A stretch of DNA of 64,000 bases, from IMG/VR virus record IMGVR_UViG_3300012949_000670. One strand, 5' to 3'. The notes under the pieces were generated by a model. The model saw only the letters and a list, made by a program, of their open reading frames with translations, made no database searches and was not told the DNA's origin. Positions 8,971 to 19,047 of the stretch are shown here, in pieces. The position numbers and the translations under genes are program-made. How positions within the stretch are numbered: the stretch's first letter is position 1; every line of letters starts with the position of its first letter. The stretch comes from a virus.

Positions 8971-10428
8971 ATGACCGAAAATAACAAAAGGGCTTCTATC
9001 AAAATCATCGAGGCCAAGAGGCCTAATAAGCCCCATATTATTAATCCGTTGGCCATGGGGGATGCAATGAAGAAAATGAATCTTTATTACGTCCCATCAC
9101 TGGTTGACCCTGACTTAACCCCAGAAGAAATGCTCCGCAAGCATCAGGAACGCCTGGAATATAACGGCTCTTTCCGTGACGGCTATATTTTCCGGCAGTT
9201 CGTTCTGGCGGCTGAGACTCTTGAACAGCAGGAACAGCTTTACATCGCCATCGATGACAAGGTGCCTTACGATGAAAAGCCGAAGGCTCTGCAAGAGATT
9301 TGGGACGAAATGCTGGTCAGGAAGCGCCCGACCTATATGTTCGCCACTGTGACACGGGCGGCTCGCATTGATACCTTTACCTTCCTTCCGGTTTGGCAGA
9401 TTCTCAAGCGCAATGATGAAACTGAAGACAATACGTTTGTCGTCCGGGTGGGCGTGCCTGCTGAGGAAGTCGGTATCGAGCATGAGCTGCCTTACGTGGT
9501 CTTTTCTGCGGCGCACATGCAGGAAGCCCGTGAGTTCGCCTACAAGCTGTTCTTGAAGATGCGCGAAACCGAAGAGGCCTTCCTGCGGGAGTTCTTGAAG
9601 GTGGGTACGAACCGGGTGCGGTTGGCTTCTCACCTGATTTATCTTTCTCGTGTCCTTCAATTCGGTGAAGAAGGCAGCGAAAACGATGATGCGAAGGTCA
9701 TTTATTACCTCGGGCAGGATGTCATCACGCTCCAGCGTGTTGACCCGCACAACGGTTATCTGCTGACTGTTCACAAGCGTGTCCCCAACCCGGATGGGAA
9801 CGGTTTCGCTCATCGGGAATATCAGTTTTTCTTCGAGATTGAACCGCCCATCAAGGCAGTGTTGGCGACCGAGTTCTACCGCCGCACGATGCGCCTTTCT
9901 TCGATTCCGTACTTCCCGTCTCGTGGGGTGGATGCGGTGATGCCGGCCATGTTGGGCTACTACCGCTTCAAGACGGCCAACCAATATTCTGCGACTAACG
10001 TCACGCTCGGCAAAAAGCTGGGCGCTCCGTCCGCGGAAATCTATGAGTTTTTGAGCGATAAGGGAACAGCGGTGACGGTGGTCGTTCCTCAGCGAGAAGA
10101 AAACGAACTGGTCGAAGGCGATACGCCGTTTGCTTATGTTTTCTCTGGCACAGCAAAGCGGCTGGCGGAAGCCCTCAAATGGAAAGATTTGAGGACTGAA
10201 AAGCAGTGGTTGAGTGACCATGCACCCCGCAATGTCAATCCTGACGACATCGAAAGCTCGATTGCGCCAATCGGTGAGATTTACGTCAAAGAAGATGATG
10301 GTCAGGTCGTTCGCATCAAGCGGGATAAGAATGGTAAGCGTACCCGTTCCGAAAAGCGGCGCTTCAGCGTGGACATCATTGATTCCAATGCCACCATCGC
10401 CGCTATGGGGATGGAACTGTCTGACTAA
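8971..10428 (+). CDS. Hypothetical protein, first gene of the Tad-like operon
   Basis: 485-aa ORF with coding-like codon use. No motif recognised. Confidence 0.65.
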   Translation: MTENNKRASIKIIEAKRPNKPHIINPLAMGDAMKKMNLYYVPSLVDPDLTPEEMLRKHQERLEYNGSFRDGYIFRQFVLAAETLEQQEQLYIAIDDKVPYDEKPKALQEIWDEMLVRKRPTYMFATVTRAARIDTFTFLPVWQILKRNDETEDNTFVVRVGVPAEEVGIEHELPYVVFSAAHMQEAREFAYKLFLKMRETEEAFLREFLKVGTNRVRLASHLIYLSRVLQFGEEGSENDDAKVIYYLGQDVITLQRVDPHNGYLLTVHKRVPNPDGNGFAHREYQFFFEIEPPIKAVLATEFYRRTMRLSSIPYFPSRGVDAVMPAMLGYYRFKTANQYSATNVTLGKKLGAPSAEIYEFLSDKGTAVTVVVPQREENELVEGDTPFAYVFSGTAKRLAEALKWKDLRTEKQWLSDHAPRNVNPDDIESSIAPIGEIYVKEDDGQVVRIKRDKNGKRTRSEKRRFSVDIIDSNATIAAMGMELSD

Positions 10429-10454
10429 TTCCATATTTTTCTAGCGAGGACTGT

Positions 10455-12158
10455 ATGACGGAAGAGCAAAAGTGTATCTTGTATGACTATGAAAACTCGA
10501 AGCTCGTCGAGCTGCGGCAGGAATATATCATCAACGACAAAGTTCCGCTTCCTCCGCCGCCGTATCAGGTTTATTTGTGCCGGTTGAGCGCCGATGGCAA
10601 TCTGGAAGTTTACCGAGTGTTAGGGAGAAAGTCCGGCAAGCCGGTCGTGACCAGCCGGTATACAGAGGCAGTGGATGATGCCTTTATCGAGAAACTCCAA
10701 CAGGATGCAAAGGGCACACCTTTTGGAGTTTACTTCGGCGTTGAAGAAGATGAACCTGCTGACGAAGCTGAGTCCAACGAGTTTGTTTTTGAAGTCGAAT
10801 CGCCTGTCGCTACGCCCGAACAGCCTCGCCCAACGGAAAATGAGTATTTCACGTTTGAACCCGCGACAGATGCCGCGCCAGTTGTGTCTTCTGCCGACAG
10901 CGCTCTGATTACCCAACCTGCTTTGGATAATGTTCCTGTGCAGACTGGATTCACCAGTTCGCAACTCAACGATTTGCCAGAAGTAAAGAAAAATATTTTC
11001 TCGAAAGTGTTTGGGCGCAAACATCTGGCGGGGAAGATTTTCTATATGGGCGATGCTAATTCGGTTGTGTTGGCACAAAATCGAATCCGCTCGATTCTTG
11101 ACCGGGCAAATATCAATGAACTGCCATTCGATGAAGTGATTACTCCCCGCCGATTGGTGACGCAAATCAACCAGCAGAAAAATGTGCTGGTGCTGGCAAA
11201 CGTGGCGGAGCTGCGGAGTACATCTGAAGGTCTGGACGCCTACCGCATTTTGACTTCTAACGGTGTGCAGGTCGTGGATATTCGTCATCTTTGCGGCGAG
11301 ATGCGAGACACCGAAATCCTTTCTCTCATTCAAAACATTCACACTGTCGATGTCAAAAGCGTCCTGTACACTGACCAGCGCGTATTCATGTTTGTCAGCA
11401 ACACCGGTGGTGTTGGTAAGACTACTTTGTCCTTCAACTTCTCCCACTGGTTAGCTACCAAAGGCGTGAACGTCATGTATATGGAGCTGTTGAGTGGTAA
11501 GGGTATCGACAAGGTGGTAGGGAAGGATACCGCGTCTCTGGAAAACATTTTCGATGGACGGGAAAAGCCCCGCGCTATCGAAGTCGATGCACAGAAGCAC
11601 ATGGTTTACTGTGTTTCGCTGGAAAGTGCCAATTCCGGTTCGGTGGATAACAAGAATAACTGGATTTGGTTCTTCAACAACTTTGTTTACAAAATTGATG
11701 AGACCGACCCAGAGAACAAGGAAATCGTCCGGCTGCGCAAGGATACCGCGCCCTTCTATCACGCGGTGGTCATCGATACGTACAGCGACAGTCATCCCAC
11801 CCGCGTTTTAATGCCACAGTTCGCAACGGATGTGGTGATGGTGATTGACATGCGCCCGACCACGACCGCAAGCCAGATTCTCGATACTATCATCGGATTA
11901 TCAATGAATACCGATGTCACGAAGAAAAACTTCTATCTGGCGTACAACCAATATCGTGACAACCCGGATGTTAAGCGTCATTATGAATATACCCGCGCTG
12001 AACTGGAATCGCTGGCGGAAGAACGGGGCATCAAACTGAATGCCATTCGCATTCCAAACAATCCAGATTGCATGGGGCAGATTCATATCAAGGACGATAA
12101 GCATCGCATGAAGGTCGTTGCACCGTTAGTAGAAGCATTCTACGGTATCAAAATCTAA
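10455..12158 (+). CDS. TadZ/CpaE-like ParA/MinD-family ATPase with an N-terminal extension
   Basis: Deviant Walker A SNTGGVGKTT, followed by VMYMEL and VVIDT. Lies directly upstream of the RcpC- and TadA-like genes. Confidence 0.7.
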   Translation: MTEEQKCILYDYENSKLVELRQEYIINDKVPLPPPPYQVYLCRLSADGNLEVYRVLGRKSGKPVVTSRYTEAVDDAFIEKLQQDAKGTPFGVYFGVEEDEPADEAESNEFVFEVESPVATPEQPRPTENEYFTFEPATDAAPVVSSADSALITQPALDNVPVQTGFTSSQLNDLPEVKKNIFSKVFGRKHLAGKIFYMGDANSVVLAQNRIRSILDRANINELPFDEVITPRRLVTQINQQKNVLVLANVAELRSTSEGLDAYRILTSNGVQVVDIRHLCGEMRDTEILSLIQNIHTVDVKSVLYTDQRVFMFVSNTGGVGKTTLSFNFSHWLATKGVNVMYMELLSGKGIDKVVGKDTASLENIFDGREKPRAIEVDAQKHMVYCVSLESANSGSVDNKNNWIWFFNNFVYKIDETDPENKEIVRLRKDTAPFYHAVVIDTYSDSHPTRVLMPQFATDVVMVIDMRPTTTASQILDTIIGLSMNTDVTKKNFYLAYNQYRDNPDVKRHYEYTRAELESLAEERGIKLNAIRIPNNPDCMGQIHIKDDKHRMKVVAPLVEAFYGIKI

Positions 12159-12171
12159 GGAGTATTGTTGA

Positions 12172-13137
12172 ATGAAAAGAAACTGGATTCCGCTGTTTAG
12201 TCTGTTAGTGGCAGGCGTGCTGGCTTTCTTCATGTGGCGGCAAACGCAGAGTACCATCAAGATGACAGACATCCTGGCATTTAATGCCAACATCGCACCG
12301 GGCACGATTATTACCCCGGAGCTGTTGGTCACAATCCAGATGGACGAAACCATCTTGAACAATGCGGTTCTCACCCCGCTGGTTAATCCGGCGGATGTAG
12401 TCGGAAAGGTCGCCCGTTATAACATCATGGCGGGTACACCAATTTACCGTGAACAGTTCGTAGAGAAGGGGCAATACAGTTTCCAGGAATCGGAAAACTC
12501 GTACTTCATTTCCTTCGGGCTGGACGAGTTGAACGTTACCCGGTTGCCGTACGGCTTTGTAAAGGGCAAAATCACCCTGTGCATGGTGGTGCAGAACCCG
12601 CAGATTATGGGACAGTTCCCCATCGGTTTGCCTCCGCAGGAAATTGAAACCCTGAGATTGCAGGACATTCGCTGCCCAGTCAGGAATATTCAGGCTGTTG
12701 CACTGACCGCCGACAATATGCTTCCGTGGACATATATGGTTTATGACCCTGAGGCGCAGAAGTATGTGGCGGGGCCAGAGCCGGCCAAGATTGGTTTCTG
12801 GATTAGCCAGTCCACCGACCCGCGCTACCCGATGTATGATGAAAACGGGAATGTGGTCACGGACGAGAACGGGAACATCGTTCCTGACCGGGAAGCCTAC
12901 CTGAAAATCCTGACCCGCATCCTCCTGCGCCCACAGGCAACCACAGCCGCCACGACCAAACTGTTCTTCATTCTCCCGCCGCAGGAATACAACAATACCG
13001 CCCCCGAATATATCGCGGCGCATCCTGAAGCTCAGACGGTCATCGAAGAAATTGATACCGTAAATCCGTATGAGGAATACGAACTGATTTATCGCCCGGA
13101 TGAAATCAAGGCGCAGGAAGAGCAGGGACTTCCGTAG
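12172..13137 (+). CDS. cpaB: CpaB/RcpC-like SAF-domain pilus assembly protein
   Basis: N-terminal TM helix, then a SAF pattern (NIAPGTIITPELL...DVVGKVARYNIMAGTPI). Confidence 0.75.
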   Translation: MKRNWIPLFSLLVAGVLAFFMWRQTQSTIKMTDILAFNANIAPGTIITPELLVTIQMDETILNNAVLTPLVNPADVVGKVARYNIMAGTPIYREQFVEKGQYSFQESENSYFISFGLDELNVTRLPYGFVKGKITLCMVVQNPQIMGQFPIGLPPQEIETLRLQDIRCPVRNIQAVALTADNMLPWTYMVYDPEAQKYVAGPEPAKIGFWISQSTDPRYPMYDENGNVVTDENGNIVPDREAYLKILTRILLRPQATTAATTKLFFILPPQEYNNTAPEYIAAHPEAQTVIEEIDTVNPYEEYELIYRPDEIKAQEEQGLP

Positions 13138-13154
13138 AAGAAGATAATATCAAC

Positions 13155-13198
13155 CAATCGAAAACTCCCCCAGTTTTATTTGGGGGAGTTTTCGATTG
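13155..13198. terminator. Perfect 18-bp hairpin between cpaB and the tadA-like gene
   Basis: CAATCGAAAACTCCCCCA / TGGGGGAGTTTTCGATTG. Confidence 0.7.
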
Positions 13199-13291
13199 TG
13201 GGAAATCGTAAAATCCGCTGGCAAATCGTCATACATATCAGCCCCGCTTTTTGGGCTAGTCTGATATGTATCAGTAAAACCAGGAGTATTT

Positions 13292-14830
13292 ATGGCATTG
13301 CTACCATCGGCTTCTAATTCAAATAACATAATCGACCCGTTGGAGTATCTGGATTCATCCCGGTATTCAGTCATCTATGACGAACTGAGAAATTATTTTC
13401 AGGAAAACAAGATTGAAGTCCCTCAAATGGGGGAAAAGAATGAAAAGCTCGTCGAACGCTTCCGGGATTCAATCAAGACCTACTTCCAAACAAAATTAAA
13501 TCTCAGTGCCACGAAGCACTATCCGCTTGAAGTCCAGGAACGTCTGGATACGGTCATCAGCGACATGTGCGATTTGATGCAGGGATTTGGCCCCCTTCAA
13601 AAGTTCCTGCGACTGGACACTATCGAGGAAATCATCGTCCGCAACGGCAGCATTTTGACAGAACAGAACGGGCGCATCCGGGTGGAGGAAGATAATTCCA
13701 ACGACCCTGACCGCCGCCGCATTCTGGACTCACAATTCACCATTCTAGCGAAGCGCATTGCCGACCTCGGCCGCAACACAATCTCGGAAACACAGCCTTT
13801 CGCTGTTACGGTTATCCCGGATACGCTTGACCGCTTCGCAGTAATTATCCCTCCGCTAGCACATGAATATGTGGCGATTAATATTCGTGTGTTCCCTAAG
13901 TCAAAGGCATACACCCTCAATGACCTGCAAAAAAGAGGCGCATTTGCGGATAAAAAGACTTTTGAAGGAAGTAAGGTCGGCCAACTCCAGAAAAAACGGG
14001 TGCAATACGATGCTTTTATTCAGGATTACATCGAGCTAAAACGTCGGGAAGTCAAAAAGAGAAGGGAGTCTGACCCGCCGACCGAACAGGAAATCATGTA
14101 CAACTTGGGACGAAAAACATCGTTTCGTAAGCTGATTGATTCCATCCCTGATGACAATGCGAAGAAAGATTTCGAGAAAATCTCAAAGGATATAGGTGCC
14201 AAAATTGCCATGTTTTTAGGCTATGTGGCGTACCTGAACCTTTCTACCGTGCTGATGGCAGGTGAGTTCTCGTCCGGTAAGACGACCATTTTGAACGCCA
14301 TGTCCTACTTCATTCGTGAAAATGTTTCACCCATCACGATTGAGGAATATTTGGAATTGAAAATCCAGCACAAGTACGGGCTGCGTCTGGTGACATACAA
14401 GAAGATTGACCAGGGCGTAGTCCTCAACCAGGTCATCACTCGTATGAGACCTGACCTCATTATCGTGGGCGAGCTGGTAGAGAAGGGACAGAGTTTTGAG
14501 TTCCTGAACGCCTCGAACTTCGGTAAGAAAGCATGGAGTACCATCCACTCGAACAACGCTTATGCGGCGCTCATCCGTCTGGAAAACCTTTCGACGATTG
14601 AAGGGTATACGCCGTTTGAAATTCGCCGCCGTATTGTCAACTCGGTGGATATGGTCGTTCACGTGGCGCAGGAATCTGGTCAGCGTTTCGTGAACGAAAT
14701 TGCGCTGGTACAGCCTAAATTGTCGGATAAAGGTGACTACATTTTGAAACCGCTGTATAAAAGCGGCCGGCGTGGTTCCCGTCTGGATATGTTGCAGGCG
14801 CTTTGGGCTGGTCTGTCTGAACAAGATTAA
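13292..14830 (+). CDS. cpaF: CpaF/TadA/VirB11-family secretion ATPase
   Basis: IEEIIV, RFAVIIPPL, Walker A GEFSSGKTT, Asp box ITIEEYLEL, RMRPDLIIVGE, His box STIHSN. Confidence 0.85.
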   Translation: MALLPSASNSNNIIDPLEYLDSSRYSVIYDELRNYFQENKIEVPQMGEKNEKLVERFRDSIKTYFQTKLNLSATKHYPLEVQERLDTVISDMCDLMQGFGPLQKFLRLDTIEEIIVRNGSILTEQNGRIRVEEDNSNDPDRRRILDSQFTILAKRIADLGRNTISETQPFAVTVIPDTLDRFAVIIPPLAHEYVAINIRVFPKSKAYTLNDLQKRGAFADKKTFEGSKVGQLQKKRVQYDAFIQDYIELKRREVKKRRESDPPTEQEIMYNLGRKTSFRKLIDSIPDDNAKKDFEKISKDIGAKIAMFLGYVAYLNLSTVLMAGEFSSGKTTILNAMSYFIRENVSPITIEEYLELKIQHKYGLRLVTYKKIDQGVVLNQVITRMRPDLIIVGELVEKGQSFEFLNASNFGKKAWSTIHSNNAYAALIRLENLSTIEGYTPFEIRRRIVNSVDMVVHVAQESGQRFVNEIALVQPKLSDKGDYILKPLYKSGRRGSRLDMLQALWAGLSEQD

Positions 14831-14851
14831 TTTTTGGGAAGGTGTCAACGT

Positions 14852-15832
14852 ATGGATGCTTTAAACGAATTCCTCGCCACTCTGGATATGATTGTAAAAG
14901 CCTACTACCCGGTTATTCAAATCGTGTTTGTCGGGCTGATTTTTGTGTTCGGCTTCACTTCTTGTGCCGCCATTCTTGACTTCTTCAGCATTGGAATTTA
15001 CAAACTTCAATTCCGCCTCACGAAAAAGCGGATAATGACTAAGAAGCAGGAGAGCGCTATCAAGGCCATTCCCCTTTTCCCGAAAAGTGGGAATGTCAAT
15101 ACTTCAACGATTTTCTTTATCCTGTGGACGGCTGCTGGCGTGGCAGGGGCGGTTATAGCTGCCGATTTATTAGTTTCCCCGGTTGTATTTATATCGCTGG
15201 CAGCGATTGGATTTGCTGGCTATCGCGGTAGTTCCAACAAGGAATATATCAAGCGGCGTGGTAACTTCACCGAAATCCTTCGTCTCTTTGCAGGCAACCT
15301 GGAAACCTATCAAAGCGTCCAACAGTCGCTCATCGAGCTGTATAACCAGTACAAAATGTTGGATGAGAAGATGATTGATGAACAGTTCGTGCAGAACCTT
15401 GCCCGTGCTAACGAACTCATCGCACAAGGCGAATTAATTGACCTCGTGGTTGACCGGGTGTTCGGTGGCGATAAGGTTTACCAGCAGCTTTCACACGCAG
15501 TCTATATCGCAACCCATTCCGGGCCGGGGACGGCAATTGAATACTGCAAAGAACGTATGGAAAAAAATGCCGAGTGGCGGAAGCTGATGATGCTGATTAA
15601 TACCGAAGTTGGTGGCGTGAAATTAACAGCAACCGTGCTTGAATTTTTGCTGGTCGGTGGTGTTTTCCTGACATTGCTGCCTTCATGGGGAGCGGATATG
15701 AATTCGCTGTTGCACGAATATTTCTTTGAAAACGCCGGACGCAAAATGGCGCTGGATGCTATCTTGATTGCCCATACCGTTGTTCAATTCTTGTTCAACG
15801 AATATCTTTCCTCGAAGTCGAATCAAATCTAA
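14852..15832 (+). CDS. TadB-like inner-membrane platform protein
   Basis: Multi-TM protein with a T2SSF-like soluble segment (SVQQSL), directly after the TadA-like ATPase. Confidence 0.55.
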   Translation: MDALNEFLATLDMIVKAYYPVIQIVFVGLIFVFGFTSCAAILDFFSIGIYKLQFRLTKKRIMTKKQESAIKAIPLFPKSGNVNTSTIFFILWTAAGVAGAVIAADLLVSPVVFISLAAIGFAGYRGSSNKEYIKRRGNFTEILRLFAGNLETYQSVQQSLIELYNQYKMLDEKMIDEQFVQNLARANELIAQGELIDLVVDRVFGGDKVYQQLSHAVYIATHSGPGTAIEYCKERMEKNAEWRKLMMLINTEVGGVKLTATVLEFLLVGGVFLTLLPSWGADMNSLLHEYFFENAGRKMALDAILIAHTVVQFLFNEYLSSKSNQI

Positions 15833-15849
15833 TCAGGAAGAGGACATAC

Positions 15850-16854
15850 ATGGACTGGTTAAACGGTATTCCCAATATCTTTTCTTTTATCCCGACCGAA
15901 ATCCTCAATTGGATGATTGTTCTGCTGGTTGCTTATGCCGGTGGAAACCTTGCGTGGATTGTAGCCAACATGCTGAATTATCAGGTCACAAAAATTGTCA
16001 TTGACCTGAACCGCAAAAACAGCAAGCGTAAAGGGCGAAAAAGTCAAAAGGAACGCTCACTGGTTACGCAGGGCGGGGCGATTTACCATCCGGCGGTGTT
16101 CGCCACGAGTGTAACGCCCAATGATATTTACGGCATGAGCCAGCATAACTGGGAATTGTACTTCGCTGCGGCGGGCGGTATCGGTGCGATTCTCGGTGTC
16201 GCCACCAGCCCCGATGATGCCTTCACCGGTTTGCTGTACGGTCTCATCATCGGCATTAGTGCCATGTACGGTCTTCAGAAGTTCTATCGCTACCTGCGTG
16301 TTTCTAAGACTCGCAAAGATGCGATGGACACGATGGATATGCTTCAGGAACAGCTTATCATTGAACGCAACTCCCTGAACAACGCCATGAATAAAATCAA
16401 AGACCGCTACATCCAGCACGTGCTTATCTTCGGCAAAGATTCATGGTATTACCAGAACTTCGTTTTAGGTCGCATGGTGTTCCTGATTTCTACCCAGCCC
16501 GGTTTCGTCCCACAAGAACTCCTGAAGCAGTTGGGGGATGAGTTAGGCGAGGTCGATTCTATTCGCAGGATTGTCAGCACCGCCCTCAGCCGTATGGGAC
16601 AGTCCGGTGATGCGGGTCTGGCGATTAAGGAGCAAATCACATCCTACTACGATGCTTATTATTCCGACCTGCACGAAAGCATCCCGCAGTTGAGCGATAA
16701 GCTGTTTGTGCCAATTATGGTGACGCATTTCATGCCTTTTTTAATTATCCTGCTCTGGCCTATTGTAGAAACGATTTACGCGATGATGGGTGCAGACGTG
16801 ATGAGCGGCGAAGGCATGGATAAAATGCCAAAGTTCTTTGGCGGTGGGAATTAA
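15850..16854 (+). CDS. TadC-like inner-membrane platform protein
   Basis: Same TM layout as the preceding gene, with a C-terminal TM (PIMVTHFMPFLIILLWP). Called mainly from synteny. Confidence 0.55.
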   Translation: MDWLNGIPNIFSFIPTEILNWMIVLLVAYAGGNLAWIVANMLNYQVTKIVIDLNRKNSKRKGRKSQKERSLVTQGGAIYHPAVFATSVTPNDIYGMSQHNWELYFAAAGGIGAILGVATSPDDAFTGLLYGLIIGISAMYGLQKFYRYLRVSKTRKDAMDTMDMLQEQLIIERNSLNNAMNKIKDRYIQHVLIFGKDSWYYQNFVLGRMVFLISTQPGFVPQELLKQLGDELGEVDSIRRIVSTALSRMGQSGDAGLAIKEQITSYYDAYYSDLHESIPQLSDKLFVPIMVTHFMPFLIILLWPIVETIYAMMGADVMSGEGMDKMPKFFGGGN

Positions 16855-16860
16855 GCAATC

Positions 16861-17541
16861 ATGTTCGACCTTGAAACCCAAAATCCTCCGCGTGATGCTT
16901 ATTTGAACCTATATCGCGGAATGCGAGGAACGGTTTCATTGATACCTGGGACAGACTATATCCTTCAGCATGTAATTGTTCCTTCTGCTGAAGGATATAG
17001 TTTTACCGGGGTACAAATGAACTATTCTTCGCTGTATGATGTGCTGACTGGTGAAACCCCAGTTCGATACCTGCGGCTTTGGGAAAAGAGCAAGAAATCA
17101 GCGCATACGCTGTTTTTTGATATAAAAAATATCAAGAAAATAGATGCTGTAAGCGAGTATAACCACGAAGTCTTCAAAGCGCAGATGCTTTTCAAATTTA
17201 TCCCAAACAAGCTGAAAAATATGGAACATCTGGCGTTCCGTGATTTTTATCATGGCTATTATTTCCCGGTAATAATTGACATTGATTATTACGCCCCGAT
17301 GAAGGTGCGGGTCGAAGGCATCATCGAACACGGAATTTGCTTGCAGTTTTTTGGGGCGGTTCTATGGTCATTTTACGGCCTGGTAGAACAGTTCAAAATC
17401 CTCAGTTCATTTGAGTCGTTAAATGATTATCGGAGACCTACCCAAATTCCTGCTCAGGTAACGCCTCCGATAATTAGTTCGAGAATCCCAATTTGTTTGG
17501 ATGGACTTTCACCTCTCCAGTTTATCGGGTTTTCGCCCTGA
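16861..17541 (+). CDS. Hypothetical protein
   Basis: 226-aa ORF 6 nt after the TadC-like gene. AT-rich. Confidence 0.5.
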   Translation: MFDLETQNPPRDAYLNLYRGMRGTVSLIPGTDYILQHVIVPSAEGYSFTGVQMNYSSLYDVLTGETPVRYLRLWEKSKKSAHTLFFDIKNIKKIDAVSEYNHEVFKAQMLFKFIPNKLKNMEHLAFRDFYHGYYFPVIIDIDYYAPMKVRVEGIIEHGICLQFFGAVLWSFYGLVEQFKILSSFESLNDYRRPTQIPAQVTPPIISSRIPICLDGLSPLQFIGFSP

Positions 17542-17544
17542 AAA

Positions 17545-17571
17545 CCACCCGCTTTAGCGGGTGGAGCTTCA
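17545..17571. repeat. Palindrome resembling an IS200/IS605 end
   Basis: CCACCCGCTTTAGCGGGTGG followed by AGCTTCA. 17/20 identical to 43479-43498. Confidence 0.4.
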
Positions 17572-17596
17572 GTTCCGGTATCGGCAGGATGCTTTT

Positions 17597-18601
17597 TTAG
17601 GCAATAAGTGCGTGATAGCTCTGCGCCTGCGTGAGATTGATAATAATCTCACGCAGTTTTGCTATCTGGTCAAGGGACAGCGGATTGTTGGCTTTGCCGC
17701 CGCTCTCAAGGCATTCGAGGGTTTCCGCCATCAGGTGTTCGTTGATGGTGCGGTTGGCGAACATGCCTTCTTCTTGCGCAATCTGGAACGCCTGGAACAA
17801 GATTTCGGATAGTTCAATCTTGCGTTCGGTGTCCTGATTGTATGACAAAGCAAGATTGAACTCCTCGCTGCTGCCTTCTTCAGCCTCATCATCACCAACG
17901 ACGGCCATTTCGGAGAAGTAGTTTTCTCTGGTCTCACGAGAATATTTTTTGCGGGTAAAGTCGGTCAGCGCGCCCCGGATTTCCCATGTCAGCCAATTAC
18001 TCTGGGCGTATTTGGGGTTATAGCTGCCTAGCCGGGTGAGGATGTAATCCACCGTGTGCTGGTAGGCGTCCTCTTTGTCCTCCATTGAAATTCGCCCAAC
18101 GTTAATCAGAGCTTGAATTTTCGAATAGATAAGATGGCTGTACTTATAGACGACAATTTTTGGAGTCAGGGGGAGGTAATTATCCAACCACTCGTCGTCT
18201 GTAAGCGGGCTATCCGGGTTGTAGAACGCCTTTTTCTTTAGCGCCTCCATCCGGGCAGACTTTGAGTTGGGGTCTTTAGGCAAGTAGCTTTTGAGAAGAT
18301 AATCTGCCACCGCGTCTTTGACCTGTTTCCTCAGCCAGCGGTTCATTTTGGAAGGTTGCATCTTGTCTGGGTTGACAGATGCAACGAACTGTATCGCATA
18401 TTCATAGAGAGTTTTCCGCTGACGAGGGGTGATTTTCCCCTTGATTTGTTCATCCACAAGGGAACGAATAGTGTCGGCATATGCGGCAACGACACTTTTA
18501 TTGGTAGTGTCCGGTTTGGTTTTTGATTTTTTGGCGATGCCCTTTTGGGGCATCTTTTTCGTTTGTTTACTGTAGAACGACTTAGTCAATACCGATTCCA
18601 T
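17597..18601 (-). CDS. Divergent sigma-70-family factor
   Basis: Region-2-like EDKEDAYQ...YNPKY...WLTWEIRGALTDFTR. Start moved to the ATG at 18601 (RBS AAAGGA). Region 4 is weak. Confidence 0.7.
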   Translation of the reverse strand: MESVLTKSFYSKQTKKMPQKGIAKKSKTKPDTTNKSVVAAYADTIRSLVDEQIKGKITPRQRKTLYEYAIQFVASVNPDKMQPSKMNRWLRKQVKDAVADYLLKSYLPKDPNSKSARMEALKKKAFYNPDSPLTDDEWLDNYLPLTPKIVVYKYSHLIYSKIQALINVGRISMEDKEDAYQHTVDYILTRLGSYNPKYAQSNWLTWEIRGALTDFTRKKYSRETRENYFSEMAVVGDDEAEEGSSEEFNLALSYNQDTERKIELSEILFQAFQIAQEEGMFANRTINEHLMAETLECLESGGKANNPLSLDQIAKLREIIINLTQAQSYHALIA

Positions 18602-19047
18602 TTGGCAATCCTTTCCGATACAGGCAGAATAAATGTCTGGATATATCAGATGCACAAATAGCCAAAAATGCAAAAAATTTGCGGCTTATAAAGTTCTGTA
18701 CTTGCGCGAAACAAAGGGGGGCAAAGGTGAGGGGAATTTTGCGGAGGTACTACTATTTATAGGTTTTTACAGTACCGACCAACTATACAACATTTATTTC
18801 ACAATTCACTTTTACCGCACAATTTGTTTCGGTTTCGCCAATATTGTAGAACTTTTTTAATTATTTGTCAACTGGTTAAATGCCGAAAAATGCCAAAAAA
18901 TGCGTTAAATTCTTGGGACTTAAGTCACATCTTATTTTGACAAATTATACTAATTAGAACTTGATAAAAAAATCTCCCCAATTTGAAAAACGCTTCTGAG
19001 TTTCGTCTTTTTTGTAAATATCGTGCAAAAGGAGACGGTTCTTGTAG

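Noticed and set aside
9115-10434. Long antisense ORFs (also 1162, 12205, 20467, 35486, 57781)
   Set aside because: They are shadows of well-supported genes on the opposite strand, with no RBS or motifs.
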